From NCBI GenBank assembly GCA_044226015.1, contig JBGAHS010000007.1:1-64000 (forward strand): 64,000 nt of DNA. The letters run 5' to 3'. Below the pieces are notes generated by a model. That model saw only the letters and a list, made by a program, of their open reading frames with translations, was not told where the DNA came from and did no database searches. The position numbers and the translations under genes were made by a program. This document shows positions 1 through 10,773 of this stretch, in pieces. Each line of letters opens with the position of its first letter. The first letter of the stretch is position 1. This DNA is from Candidatus Obscuribacteraceae bacterium (GTDB taxonomy: Bacteria > Cyanobacteriota > Vampirovibrionia > Obscuribacterales > Obscuribacteraceae).

Positions 1-248
1 GACACTGGCGGTTTATACGTAGTTGACTGCTCAATACCACAGGTTGGGTATGTGAAATTTCGAGGTTATTTTGCTTTTAGGGAGCTGTATAGTTGCCCAA
101 GTATATTGATGGATGCCGGTTTCCGGACGCTGGTGCTTGGATTGTCTTTAGGAAGGATGAGTTTGAATTTTTTTTTTGATTTGATGATGTTTTTGTTTTT
201 CCTACGCGCTTTGAAACCGTTGTGGTGACTTTTGTCGAAAGTCTCTTC

Positions 249-815
249 AATCTCGAGCGATACCGATTGGATTTATTGAATCTGGATCGATACCGGTTGG
301 AGTTTTGTGGAAAATCTACGCGGAGCACTTGGCGAGCAGAAAAACCAAAGAACTGAATCGATACCGGTTGGATATCGGCTTGAAGAGGGTGGGGGATCCC
401 AGGCTTGGCGGGGTGGTGGCTGGGTAAGCGCGGCGGTGGGACCGCGGTTTATCTAGCTGCAGAATCGTGTGGAATCTCGGTTTATCTATGGCTGCAGAAT
501 CGTGTGGAATCGCGGTTTTTCTGTGGACTTGAGATGGGCGCCATGAATTTCTGGTAAAGGCTGCGCGAATCTCGAGCGATATCGGTTGGATAATCGAATC
601 GGGATCGATACCGGTTGGATTATTGAATCTAGATCGATACCGGTTGGAGTTTTGTGGAAAATCTACGCTAGCACTTGGCGAGCAGAAAAACCAAAGAACT
701 GAATCGATACCGGTTGGAAATCGGCTTGAAGAGGGTGGAGGGATCCCAGGCTTGGCGGGGTTGTGGCTGGGTAAGCGCGGCGGTGGGACCGCGGTTTATC
801 TATGGCTGCAGAATC
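249..815. repeat. Two imperfect direct copies (~220-250 bp, starting ~249 and ~568) containing several GATCGATACCGGTTGG cores
   Basis: Segments 249-467 and 568-815 align closely by eye; core motif occurs ~7 times. Confidence 0.85.
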
Positions 816-879
816 AAAGTTTTTCTCTATACATTGAAACTGCTATTCTAGGATTATCTTCAGGATGTGCCTATAAGAT

Positions 880-2073
880 ATGGATTTCAAGCCGGACACA
901 GAAGAGAAAACACACGTGAATCTGAGGACTCCCGGACTCAGTGAAGAGTCTATAGAACCTGCATGGCTTCCCGTGAAAGAGGTACTGTCGAATTCTGAAG
1001 CACCAAATACGGTATCGGTTAATTCTGCCGTCGACTCTGATACTACGGAATCATCATCTACACAGCCAAAATCTATCAGCTCTAGCTCAGGAGAAGAATC
1101 AAGCTCCATAGTGAAGTCCTATATTCAAGAACCGAGCAAAGGGCCAATTGCCATTCTTGCCACGATGCTGTCTTTCTCGATACTAACGGTGGGGCAAATC
1201 TACATGATAGTTGCTATTGCCGTCGGATCCGCTGAGTTGGCGTCGTCTTTGTGGAAAGTACCTTTGCAGGAAGTAATGTTTAATTGCGGTCCGCAAGATT
1301 CATTTATGGGTGTCTTTGTGCTTGCGGCCACCCCTATTTTCTGGTGGGCGTGGTACCTGCGCCGTCGCAGGCTCTTAAAGTACCTCTGCTACGCAGTTTT
1401 GGGTGGAACTTTGGCGTATCTTCTTAGTGCCAGTCTTGCTTCAATTTCGGTGTTTGCACAATTCACCTTGGCTTTGGTGACCTTTGTGTTGTTGAGTATT
1501 TACCATTTATCGGGTTCCTTTCTTTCCAGATTTCAGCAATACTGGCCGCGGTCCTTTTCAGTCAGCAAGTGGCTTCTAATCTCATACATTCCAGCGATGA
1601 TTTTATTCAGTCTCGAATTTCAAGGGCTGGATTTCTCAGCTGATTCGGTTGGAACTAAGGTCAGTCTGTGGGGTATGTTCGAAACCTTAGGTCTGTTAAT
1701 TGCGTTTTGCTGGCTGCCAGCATTTTTAACAGGACTAAATTCCAGAACAAAACGAATTGCATCTGCGTTAGGGTTATCTGTAATAGGGCAATTGCCTGTT
1801 CTTCTAAGTAGTTTTATTTATTGTGCTAGTTCTGTGGCAATGCTTTTGGCGCTTGCCACCATAGGTGGTGAAAGGCTGTCGCAGTTCTTTTCCCAGATAG
1901 CCCCGCCCGGAATGGAACCTGACTTTATCTTTACTGCAAATAGTATGTACCTGCTCATAGTAAAGCTGATCTCAAGTTTTTCGCTATTTGTTGCAGCGTT
2001 CTCTGGTATAAGCGCTGGAAGTTGTCTGGCTGTATATTTCAATCGTCGCCGGAGTCCATCCAATGAGGTGTGA
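880..2073 (+). CDS. Hypothetical polytopic membrane protein with Ser-rich N-terminal tail
   Basis: 397-aa ORF with many hydrophobic segments after residue ~90. Confidence 0.75.
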   Translation: MDFKPDTEEKTHVNLRTPGLSEESIEPAWLPVKEVLSNSEAPNTVSVNSAVDSDTTESSSTQPKSISSSSGEESSSIVKSYIQEPSKGPIAILATMLSFSILTVGQIYMIVAIAVGSAELASSLWKVPLQEVMFNCGPQDSFMGVFVLAATPIFWWAWYLRRRRLLKYLCYAVLGGTLAYLLSASLASISVFAQFTLALVTFVLLSIYHLSGSFLSRFQQYWPRSFSVSKWLLISYIPAMILFSLEFQGLDFSADSVGTKVSLWGMFETLGLLIAFCWLPAFLTGLNSRTKRIASALGLSVIGQLPVLLSSFIYCASSVAMLLALATIGGERLSQFFSQIAPPGMEPDFIFTANSMYLLIVKLISSFSLFVAAFSGISAGSCLAVYFNRRRSPSNEV

Positions 2074-2216
2074 TTGTTCTGCTGTTGCGCTGCAGCAGTC
2101 GTAGCCGTAGCAACAGCCGTAGTTGTGCCTCAGCAGACTTAGTCGTACCACAGCAGACGTAGTCGTACCACAGCCCAGGCAGGTAAAACACGTTAGAGGA
2201 AGCGGGTAGACTCCTG

Positions 2217-2436
2217 CCACGCAGAACGAGCCATGCAGAACTCGCCACGCGGAACGAGCCATGCAGAACGAGCCACGCGGAACGAGCCATGCAGAACGAG
2301 CCACGCAGAACGAGCCACGCAGAACGAGCCACGCAGAATGAGCCACGCAGAACGAGCCACGCGGAACACGCCACGCAGAACGAGCTACGCAGAACGAGCC
2401 ACGCGGAACGAGCCTCACAGAACCCGCCTCGCGGAA
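2217..2436. repeat. 14-bp tandem repeat (CCACGCAGAACGAG), ~16 copies
   Basis: Directly visible; lies between convergent genes. Confidence 0.95.
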
Positions 2437-2481
2437 CCGCAAAAATAATACTAATGTGCATTAGTGAAGCCTGTGAAACTC

Positions 2482-2516
2482 AAAAGAAAACGCCAGCCCT
2501 GCGGCTGGCGTTTCTT
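2482..2516 (-). terminator. Rho-independent terminator of pruA
   Basis: CGCCAGCC/GGCTGGCG stem with U-tract on the minus strand, ~27 bp after the stop. Confidence 0.75.
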
Positions 2517-2542
2517 GTACAACTTGAGCCTCGCTTCCGTTA

Positions 2543-4135
2543 TTAGATCTTTTCGCTAACAACTTTTCCTTGGCTGAACAACTGTAAGTAGTCTGGACCG
2601 CCAGCTTTGCTGTCGGTTCCGCTCATGTTGAATCCACCAAATGGATGTACTCCAACTAGAGCTCCAGTGCATTTTCGGTTCAGGTAGAGGTTACCGACGT
2701 GGAAATCTTCTGCTGCCTGGTCGAGCTTTTCTCTGCAAGCAGTGTAAGCTGCGCCTGTCAGTCCGAATTCTGTGTTGTTTGCGATTTCGAGCGCGTGCTC
2801 CCAACTGTCAGCCTTGATGAATGCAAGAACTGGTCCGAAGATTTCTTCTTGTGAGATTCTTGCATCTGGTTTGATGTCAGCGATGATTGTTGGTTCAATG
2901 AAGAATCCATTGTCAGCATTCTCGTGTGGCTTTCCGCCAGTCATCAGGCGTCCTTCCTTCTTACCGATTTCGATGTATTCGAGAATCGATTCGTAAGCTG
3001 ATTTGGAGGCGACTGGACCCATGAAGGTGGTCTTCTCTTCTGGTTTTCCAACGCTGAGTTTCTTTGTGCGCTCAACAACTTTCTCCAGCACAGTGTCATA
3101 AACATCTTTGTGAATGATGGCTCTTGAGCAAGCTGAGCACTTTTGACCGCCGAATCCGAATGCTGCTTGAACGATTCCATCAGCAGCCGCGTCGAGGTTT
3201 GCATCATTGTTTACGATGATGCTGTCCTTTCCGCCCATTTCGGCTACGACGCGCTTGATCCAGATTTGACCCTTTTGTGTTTTTGCTGCTATTTCGTTGA
3301 TGCGCAGACCGACTTCTTTCGAGCCAGTGAATGCGATGAAACGAACCTTTGGATGCGCAACGAGGTAATCACCAACTGATGCTCCAGGACCTGGAACGAA
3401 GTTGACCACGCCCTTCGGCAAGCCAACTTCTTCAAGAATTTGGATGAACTGGTATGCGATTGCCGGAGTATCGCTCGATGGCTTCAGTACAACTGTGTTG
3501 CCTGTAACGATTGCTGCTGTGGTCATACCAACGAGAATCGCAAGAGGGAAATTCCAAGGCGGAATCACAAGACCTACGCCCAATGGGATGTAACTGAGCT
3601 TGTTGCGCTCTCCAGCCACAGGAACCAACGGAGCTGGATTCGCGAGGCGGAGCATTTCGTGTGCATAGTAGTCACAAAAATCGATTGCTTCAGCAACATC
3701 ACCATCGGCTTCAACCCAGCTCTTGCCGATTTCGAGAACCAACCATGCTGAGAGTTCATGTCTCTTCGCTCGCATGATATTTGCTGCTTTGAAGAGGTAC
3801 TCAGCTCTATCTTCTGGTTTGACACGTTTCCAGCTTTCGAATGCTGTGAGAGCCGCCTGCATGGCTTTTTCTGCATGCTCAGTGGTCGCTTTCGAGAACT
3901 TACCGATCACTTGTGCCGGGCTGCTTGGGTTCGTTGAAACCAAGAAATCGCTGGTTTCAATGCGTTCGCCATTGATAATCAATGGATATTGGCGACCAAG
4001 CTGCGAACGAACAGTCTTAAGGGCTTCCTTCATTGCCTTTTCGTTCTCAGGCAATGAGAAATCGGTGAAAGGTTCTGTTTTGAACTCGGCGTGTTTCCCT
4101 TTAGCTGCTGTCTCTTTGGGCAAAGTGGTCGGCAT
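2543..4135 (-). CDS. pruA: L-glutamate gamma-semialdehyde (1-pyrroline-5-carboxylate) dehydrogenase
   Basis: ALDH motifs [44 protein letters not shown]; start placed at the ATG after GGAG (ORF is open to 4210). Confidence 0.93.
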   Translation of the reverse strand: MPTTLPKETAAKGKHAEFKTEPFTDFSLPENEKAMKEALKTVRSQLGRQYPLIINGERIETSDFLVSTNPSSPAQVIGKFSKATTEHAEKAMQAALTAFESWKRVKPEDRAEYLFKAANIMRAKRHELSAWLVLEIGKSWVEADGDVAEAIDFCDYYAHEMLRLANPAPLVPVAGERNKLSYIPLGVGLVIPPWNFPLAILVGMTTAAIVTGNTVVLKPSSDTPAIAYQFIQILEEVGLPKGVVNFVPGPGASVGDYLVAHPKVRFIAFTGSKEVGLRINEIAAKTQKGQIWIKRVVAEMGGKDSIIVNNDANLDAAADGIVQAAFGFGGQKCSACSRAIIHKDVYDTVLEKVVERTKKLSVGKPEEKTTFMGPVASKSAYESILEYIEIGKKEGRLMTGGKPHENADNGFFIEPTIIADIKPDARISQEEIFGPVLAFIKADSWEHALEIANNTEFGLTGAAYTACREKLDQAAEDFHVGNLYLNRKCTGALVGVHPFGGFNMSGTDSKAGGPDYLQLFSQGKVVSEKI

Positions 4136-4378
4136 AAAAATTTCTCCCAATAATATTTGGACTGAGTCCTTATTATCCGCAGCATTTTGAGGATCCGGCT
4201 TATCATTCATACTTTTTCAATGAGTCTCCTGACATTCCGAAAGATTCGATATCGCGAACGATCACGGTTAATTTCTGAGGATGAAATTATGCTTCTTGAA
4301 CGCACTTGTTTCGACTTTGGAGTCCAACTTTGGTTTCAACTCATCGGGGATTCATAACTGTGTGGGAATACTCTGGCG

Positions 4379-4649
4379 CCCGAGGCTGAGTAATTTTGAA
4401 TTTGGATCGGTACCGATTGGAAAATCGAACGGCGAGGGCGTCGTTGAAAAGAGGTGCGCTGCCCGAGGCTGAGTAATTTTGAATTTGGATCGGTACCGAT
4501 TGGAAAATCGAACGGCGAGGGCGTCGTTGAAAAGAGGTGTGCTGCCCGAGGCTGAGTAATTTTGAATTTGGATCGGTACCGATTGGAAAATCGAACGGCG
4601 AGGGCGTCGTTGAAAAGAGGTGCGCTGCCCGAGGCTGAGTAATCTTGAA
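4379..4649. repeat. 83-bp tandem repeat, 3 full units plus a partial, cut off at the duplication junction
   Basis: Units start at 4379, 4462, 4545, 4628; each has the palindrome ATCGGTACCGAT and the hairpin AACGGCG-AGGG-CGTCGTT. Confidence 0.95.
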
Positions 4650-7010
4650 ATGCAGAACGAGCCACGCAGAACGAGCCACGCAGAACGAGCCACGCAGAAT
4701 GAGCCACGCAGAACGAGCCACGCGGAACACGCCACGCAGAACGAGCTACGCAGAACGAGCCACGCGGAACGAGCCTCACAGAACTCGCCTCGCGGAACCG
4801 CAAAAATAATACTAATGTGCATTAGTGAAGCCTGTGAAACTCAAAAGAAAACGCCAGCCCTGCGGCTGGCGTTTCTTGTACAACTTGAGCCTCGCTTCCG
4901 TTATTAGATCTTTTCGCTAACAACTTTTCCTTGGCTGAACAACTGTAAGTAGTCTGACCGCCAGCTTTGCTGTCGGTTCCGCTCATGTTGAATCCACCAA
5001 ATGGATGTACCCAACCAGAGCTCCAGTGCATTTTCGGTTCAGGTAGAGGTTACCGACGTGGAAATCTTCTGCTGCCTGGTCGAGCTTTTCTCTGCAAGCA
5101 GTGTAAGCTGCGCCTGTCAGTCCGAAATTCTGTGTTGTTTGCGATTTCGAGCGCGTGCTCCCAACTGTCAGCCTTGATGAATGCAAGAACTGGTCCGAAG
5201 ATTTCTTCTTGTGAGATTCTTGCATCTGGTTTGATGTCAGCGATGATTGTTGGTTCAATGAAGAATCCATTGTCAGCATTCTCGTGTGGCTTTCCGCCAG
5301 TCATCAGGCGTCCTTCCTTCTTACCGATTTCGATGTATTCGAGAATCGATTCGTAAGCTGATTTGGAGGCGACTGGACCCATGAAGGTGGTCTTCTCTTC
5401 TGGTTTTCCAACGCTGAGTTTCTTTGTGCGCTCAACAACTTTCTCCAGCACAGTGTCATAAACATCTTTGTGAATGATGGCTCTTGAGCAAGCTGAGCAC
5501 TTTTTGACCGCCGAATCCGAATGCTGCTTGAACGATTCCATCAGCAGCCGCGTCGAGGTTTGCATCATTGTTTACGATGATGCTGTCCTTTCCGCCCATT
5601 TCGGCTACGACGCGCTTGATCCAGATTTGACCCTTTGTGTTTTTGCTGCTATTTCGTTGATGCGCAGACCGACTTCTTTCGAGCCAGTGAATGCGATGAA
5701 ACGAACCTTTGATGCGCAACGAGGTAATCACCAACTGATGCTCCAGGACCTGGAACGAAGTTGACCACGCCCTTCGGCAAGCCAACTTCTTCAAGAATTT
5801 GGATGAACTGGTATGCGATTGCCGGAGTATCGCTCGATGGCTTCAGTACAACTGTGTTGCCTGTAACGATTGCTGCTGTGGTCATACCAACGAGAATCGC
5901 AAGAGGGAAATTCCAAGGCGGAATCACAAGACCTACGCCCAATGGGATGTAACTGAGCTTGTTGCGCTCTCCAGCCACAGGAACCAACGGAGCTGGATTC
6001 GCGAGGCGGAGCATTTCGTGTGCATAGTAGTCACAAAAATCGATTGCTTCAGCAACATCACCATCGGCTTCAACCCAGCTCTTGCCGATTTCGAGAACCA
6101 ACCATGCTGAGAGTTCATGTCTCTTCGCTCGCATGATATTTGCTGCTTTGAAGAGGTACTCAGCTCTATCTTCTGGTTTGACACGTTTCCAGCTTTCGAA
6201 TGCTGTGAGAGCCGCCTGCATGGCTTTTTCTGCATGCTCAGTGGTCGCTTTCGAGAACTTACCGATCACTTGTGCCGGGCTGCTTGGGTTCGTTGAAACC
6301 AAGAAATCGCTGGTTTCAATGCGTTCGCCATTGATAATCAATGGATATTGGCGACCAAGCTGCGAACGAACAGTCTTAAGGGCTTCCTTCATTGCCTTTT
6401 CGTTCTCAGGCAATGAGAAATCGGTGAAAGGTTCTGTTTTGAACTCGGCGTGTTTCCCTTTAGCTGCTGTCTCTTTGGGCAAAGTGGTCGGCATAAAAAT
6501 TTCTCCCAATAATATTTGGACTGAGTCCTTATTATCCGCAGCATTTTGAGGATCCGGCTTATCATTCATACTTTTTCAATGAGTCTCCTGACATTCCGAA
6601 AGATTCGATATCGCGAACGATCACGGTTAATTTCTGAGGATGAAATTATGCTTCTTGAACGCACTTGTTTCGACTTTGGAGTCCAACTTTGGTTTCAACT
6701 CATCGGGGATTCATAACTGTGTGGGAATACTCTCTGGCGCCCGAGGCTGAGTAATTTTGAATTTGGATCGGTACCGATTGGAAAATCGAACGGCGAGGGC
6801 GTCGTTGAAAAGAGGTGCGCTGCCCGAGGCTGAGTAATTTTGAATTTGGATCGGTACCGATTGGAAAATCGAACGGCGAGGGCGTCGTTGAAAAGAGGTG
6901 TGCTGCCCGAGGCTGAGTAATTTTGAATTTGGATCGGTACCGATTGGAAAATCGAACGGCGAGGGCGTCGTTGAAAAGAGGTGCGCTGCCCGAGGCTGAG
7001 TAATCTTGAA
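4650..7010. repeat. Second copy of a 2361-bp tandem duplication (first copy 2289-4649)
   Basis: Near-identical sequence offset by 2361 bp, including the 14-mers, terminator, pruA and 83-mers. Confidence 0.95.
4904..6494 (-). pseudogene. pruA: Frameshifted duplicate of pruA (probably an assembly or consensus artefact)
   Basis: Broken into ORFs 5649-6569, 5456-5794, 5050-5568, 4983-5279 and 4822-5031 by single-base indels, mostly in homopolymers. Confidence 0.85.
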
Positions 7011-7131
7011 TTTGGATCGGTACCGATTGGAAAATCGAACGGCGAGGGCGTCGTTGAAAAGAGGTGCGCTGCCCGAGGCTGAGTAATTTTGAATTTGGAT
7101 CGGTACCGAGTGGAAAATCGAACGGCGAGGG
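6740..7131. repeat. 83-bp tandem repeat, ~4.7 units
   Basis: Units start at 6740, 6823, 6906, 6989, 7072. Confidence 0.95.
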
Positions 7132-7422
7132 ATCCTCAACTTCTTATGGAAGGTTAATCCTCCATGGTAACCGATCAGAGGGTAAGTAGTTTTGAAGTAA
7201 AGAGCAAGGCATTTCTTATGTCGCTGCTTCCGCCTGTGTTTTTGCCACTCTTCGACCAACACTTAAAACCGACCAAACTAAAAAAGACCGAACACCTCTA
7301 ATGGGCGTCCAATGGATATGCAACACTCCTAGAAATAGACCCCATCAGATCACTTGTTCGCCGGCTTAGGAAGGGCTATTTTAAAGACGAGACAATACAT
7401 ATCAAGACGAGGTGGAAGGCTA

Positions 7423-8238
7423 ATGCAGCAGTACCACAATCTTATCGAGCAAATTTTAGATCACGGTGAAAGTCGCGAAGACCGCACTGGGACTGGGACT
7501 ATCTCGTTGTTCGGTATGCAAGCAAAATACGATTTGCGAGAAGGATTTCCACTTTTAACTACAAAAAAGGTTTTGTTCGGAGCTGTAGTTCGGGAATTGC
7601 TCTGGTTCTTACGGGGCTCGACAAACATCAACGACAATCTGACTCAGCACACTCCCATATGGGACGCATGGGCTGACGAGCATGGAGAGCTGGGGCCGAT
7701 TTACGGCTATCAATGGAGAAAGTGGCCGAAATATATCCAAGTCGAAGGCACGGAGCTCTTTCGCAGAGAGCACGTCGATCAAATTCAAAATCTGCTTGAT
7801 GAAATCAAAAACAATCCCAACAGCAGAAGGCTAATTGTTAATGCCTGGAATGTTTCAGATGTAGATAGAATGGCACTTCCGCCCTGTCATTTGCTCTTTC
7901 AGTTCTATGTAATTAACGGAAGGCTCGACTGTCAGTTGTATCAACGATCCGCTGATATGGCACTTGGAGTGCCGTTTAACATCGCTAGTTATGCGCTTCT
8001 GATGTTGATGATAGCTAACGAGTGTAACCTGACTGCAGGAATTTTCACGCACACCATCGGTGATGCGCATATTTATTCGAACCACGTGGAAGGGCTTCGC
8101 AAGCAGCTTCAACGAGAATCGAGACCGCTGCCGCAAGTGAAAATCGCAAAGAAACCTATTTTCGAATTGAACTTTGAGGACTTTGAATTGGTCAACTACG
8201 ATCCGCACCCGTTCATCAAATTCCCCGTCTCCGTCTAG
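7423..8238 (+). CDS. thyA: Thymidylate synthase
   Basis: [49 protein letters not shown] 7423 follows GAGG. Confidence 0.97.
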   Translation: MQQYHNLIEQILDHGESREDRTGTGTISLFGMQAKYDLREGFPLLTTKKVLFGAVVRELLWFLRGSTNINDNLTQHTPIWDAWADEHGELGPIYGYQWRKWPKYIQVEGTELFRREHVDQIQNLLDEIKNNPNSRRLIVNAWNVSDVDRMALPPCHLLFQFYVINGRLDCQLYQRSADMALGVPFNIASYALLMLMIANECNLTAGIFTHTIGDAHIYSNHVEGLRKQLQRESRPLPQVKIAKKPIFELNFEDFELVNYDPHPFIKFPVSV

Positions 8239-8256
8239 TTTTGGAGCTTCATCGCC

Positions 8257-8793
8257 GTGAAATTCAGTATCGTCGTAGCCGTAGATGAAAAACTAGGTAT
8301 AGGCAAAGATAACACGCTTCCCTGGCGGATCCCAGCCGATTTAAAAATGTTCAAGACAATCACAACGCGCTCCAGAAATGGAAAGCCAAATGCTGTGATC
8401 ATGGGACGAAAAACGTGGGATTCACTTCCGCCCAAAGTAAAGCCCCTGCCTGATCGCATCAATATCGTGGTAAGCCGACAACGCGACCTCGCTCTTCCTG
8501 ACGGTGTATTACTATCGCCTTCTCTTGATGAAGCTTTGCGGAAATGTGATTCACTGGAAGTTTCGGAGGCTTTTGTACTCGGTGGTTCACAGCTTTTTGA
8601 CCTTGCCTTGGGACACTCCGATCTCGAATTTGTCTATCTGACGGAGATTTACGCCGATTTCGCCTGCGATGTGTTCTTTCCTGAATACAGGGGCAAGTTC
8701 ACAACTCAATCGAGTTCAGACATGCAAGTTGAAAATGGGGTAGAGTACAAGTTTAAGGTACTTGAGCCGAGCTCTATGGCAATCAAAAGCTGA
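8257..8793 (+). CDS. folA: Dihydrofolate reductase
   Basis: GIGKDNTLPW, VIMGRKTWDS, PLPDRINIVVS; directly after thyA. Confidence 0.95.
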   Translation: MKFSIVVAVDEKLGIGKDNTLPWRIPADLKMFKTITTRSRNGKPNAVIMGRKTWDSLPPKVKPLPDRINIVVSRQRDLALPDGVLLSPSLDEALRKCDSLEVSEAFVLGGSQLFDLALGHSDLEFVYLTEIYADFACDVFFPEYRGKFTTQSSSDMQVENGVEYKFKVLEPSSMAIKS

Positions 8794-8810
8794 CCGTATT
8801 TGGAGTTTAA

Positions 8811-9203
8811 ATGAGCATTTCCTGCAAAAGAATAGTATTTAGCCTTATTTCGTTGTTGTCTGTTGCCTCGTTGATTTGCCCAGTTGGCGCTGCTGGACTC
8901 AAGGGCGACGTAAAGCGTGGGAAGAAAGTTTTTCAAGACATGCAATGTGCCATTTGTCATGCCAATGGTGGAAACAATTTGAACCCGGAGAGACCGCTAA
9001 TTGGGGATGGCTTCCTGAAGAGGTATCCACCGACCAACAATGCTGCTATCGAGAAAGTTATCAGAGAGGGCATAAAGAGCAAGGGAATGCCCGATTTTGG
9101 AAAAGACAAAATGAGCGACCAGGACCTGGCTGATGTTATCGCTTACATCCGTAGTCTCACTCCTTCAAAAGGCGCTCCAGCAGCTGCTGCGAAGAAGAAG
9201 TAA
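8811..9203 (+). CDS. Monohaem class I cytochrome c, c6/c553-like
   Basis: Signal peptide, CAICH haem motif, HANGGN-NPE, distal Met in GMPDFG. Confidence 0.88.
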   Translation: MSISCKRIVFSLISLLSVASLICPVGAAGLKGDVKRGKKVFQDMQCAICHANGGNNLNPERPLIGDGFLKRYPPTNNAAIEKVIREGIKSKGMPDFGKDKMSDQDLADVIAYIRSLTPSKGAPAAAAKKK

Positions 9204-9219
9204 ATATAAGGGTCAGTTT

Positions 9220-9807
9220 TTGAACGAACGATTGACGCCTGAATTGCTGATCAGAGCCTATTCCATGGGTATTTTTCCTATGGGGGACAGCAATGATCCA
9301 ACAGCGGCAGTTAAATGGTACGCTCCGGACCCCCGTTGCATTTTCGATCTCGAGAATTTTCACATACCCAAGAGACTTGCCCGAACTTATCGCAAGGGAA
9401 AGTTCGAGTACAAAATAGATAACTCATGGAATGAGGTCTTGGCTTATTGTGCGGCGCGTTCTGACACCTGGATAACCGATGAGATTTTTGACGCTTACTC
9501 CGACCTTCAAAAGATGGGAATGGCGCACAGTGTCGAGGCTTATTACGAGGGAGAACTTGCTGGAGGCTTATATGGCGTCAGCATTGGTGGCGCATTTATG
9601 GGTGAGTCCATGTTTCACCTGGTGACTGATGCTTCAAAGTGCGCACTGGTTTTTCTTGTGGAACGAATGATAGAACGCGGTTTCACGTTGCTAGACTGCC
9701 AGTTCATAACGAAACATCTTGGTACTTTTGGGGCTGTCGAAATTTCGCACGAAGAGTATGTGCAGCGCTTGCAAAAGGCATTGGCGCAGGACTGCAAGCT
9801 TAATTGA
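9220..9807 (+). CDS. aat: Leucyl/phenylalanyl-tRNA--protein transferase
   Basis: AYSMGIFPM, PDPR, TWIT, AHSVE, GGLYGV, GESMF, DASK, DCQF; TTG start inferred. Confidence 0.93.
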   Translation: MNERLTPELLIRAYSMGIFPMGDSNDPTAAVKWYAPDPRCIFDLENFHIPKRLARTYRKGKFEYKIDNSWNEVLAYCAARSDTWITDEIFDAYSDLQKMGMAHSVEAYYEGELAGGLYGVSIGGAFMGESMFHLVTDASKCALVFLVERMIERGFTLLDCQFITKHLGTFGAVEISHEEYVQRLQKALAQDCKLN

Positions 9808-9891
9808 TGCGGTAACATAACAGGACGAACACTCAATTGGTGATCCCTGAACGAACGCAATCGTTATAGATCCCCGGACAGAACACAATCT

Positions 9892-10147
9892 GATCGAATC
9901 TGGATCGATACCGGTTGGGGGATCGAATTTGGATCGATACCGGTTGGGTGATCGAAACTGGATCGATACCGGTTGGGTGATCGAAACTGGATCGATACCG
10001 GTTGGGGGATCGAATCTGGATCGATACCGGTTGGGGGATCGAATCTGGATCGATACCGGTTGGGTGATCGAAACTGGATCGATACCGGTTGGGTGATCGA
10101 ATCTGGAGCGATACCGGTTGGGTGATCGAAACTGGATCGATACCGAT
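9892..10147. repeat. 29-bp tandem repeat (TGGATCGATACCGGTTGGGKGATCGAAWY), 8 full units plus partials
   Basis: Units start every 29 bp from 9901 to 10133; no unique spacers. Confidence 0.95.
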
Positions 10148-10216
10148 ACAGCTTCCCTAAAGCAAAAAGCGCGACAACCACTATCGCGCTTTATTCATTT
10201 GCTCATGCTCAAAAGT

Positions 10217-10492
10217 CTATGCGCTCTTTGTCATGTAACGCATAGCAGTCCCAAAGGAATTTTGGAACTTTTGAGCCTCTTTCATCAGATCCTTGTCTGG
10301 ACCACCAAGTAGTCTTGTTTCCGGGAACTTGCTCAGGTCTTCCAGTTTAGAAAGACTCCCAATCTGGCTATCACTTTGCGGCGTCATTTCCGACAACAAA
10401 CGCGTAGCGTCCAAATCTGGCGAACGCGTAGCCGGAGCATCAGGGACGCTGTCTCTTACTGGAGTCGAGTCTTTACCCGTTTCATCAACCAT
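10217..10492 (-). CDS. Small hypothetical protein
   Basis: ORF from ATG 10492, followed by a hairpin and U-tract near 10165-10192. Confidence 0.45.
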   Translation of the reverse strand: MVDETGKDSTPVRDSVPDAPATRSPDLDATRLLSEMTPQSDSQIGSLSKLEDLSKFPETRLLGGPDKDLMKEAQKFQNSFGTAMRYMTKSA

Positions 10493-10662
10493 AACGAAAC
10501 CTTGCCTTTGGGATACCGAGGTCTGCTTCCTATTTATACCCGTTCCAACTGGGTGCAAAACAAAACTTAGCACAAGAGTTAATCTGCTAATTTGTTTTTT
10601 GAACCTCGGTCGCCGAATAACGGATGTCCGAAAGATATCTGCTCAGACCCTGGAATTGCTCA

Positions 10663-10734
10663 AACGATACCGGTTGGGTGATCCAAACGGGACTAAGCCG
10701 AACGATACCGGTTGGGTGATCCAAACGGGACTAA
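10663..10734. repeat. Two copies of a 38-bp unit with the CGATACCGGTTGG core
   Basis: Copies start at 10663 and 10701. Confidence 0.85.
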
Positions 10735-10773
10735 CCTGACCCCAAATAATCACCGTAAGAACGAGATTCGCCC

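Noticed and set aside
1984..2546. ORFs in several frames over the 14-bp repeat (likewise 4336-4907, 6711-7262, 9864-10181, 77-328, 623-919)
   Set aside because: They are translations of non-triplet DNA repeats, with no RBS or family signal.
9892..10147. CRISPR array (also considered for the 83-bp arrays)
   Set aside because: Units are contiguous and near-identical with no unique spacers, and there are no cas genes in the window.
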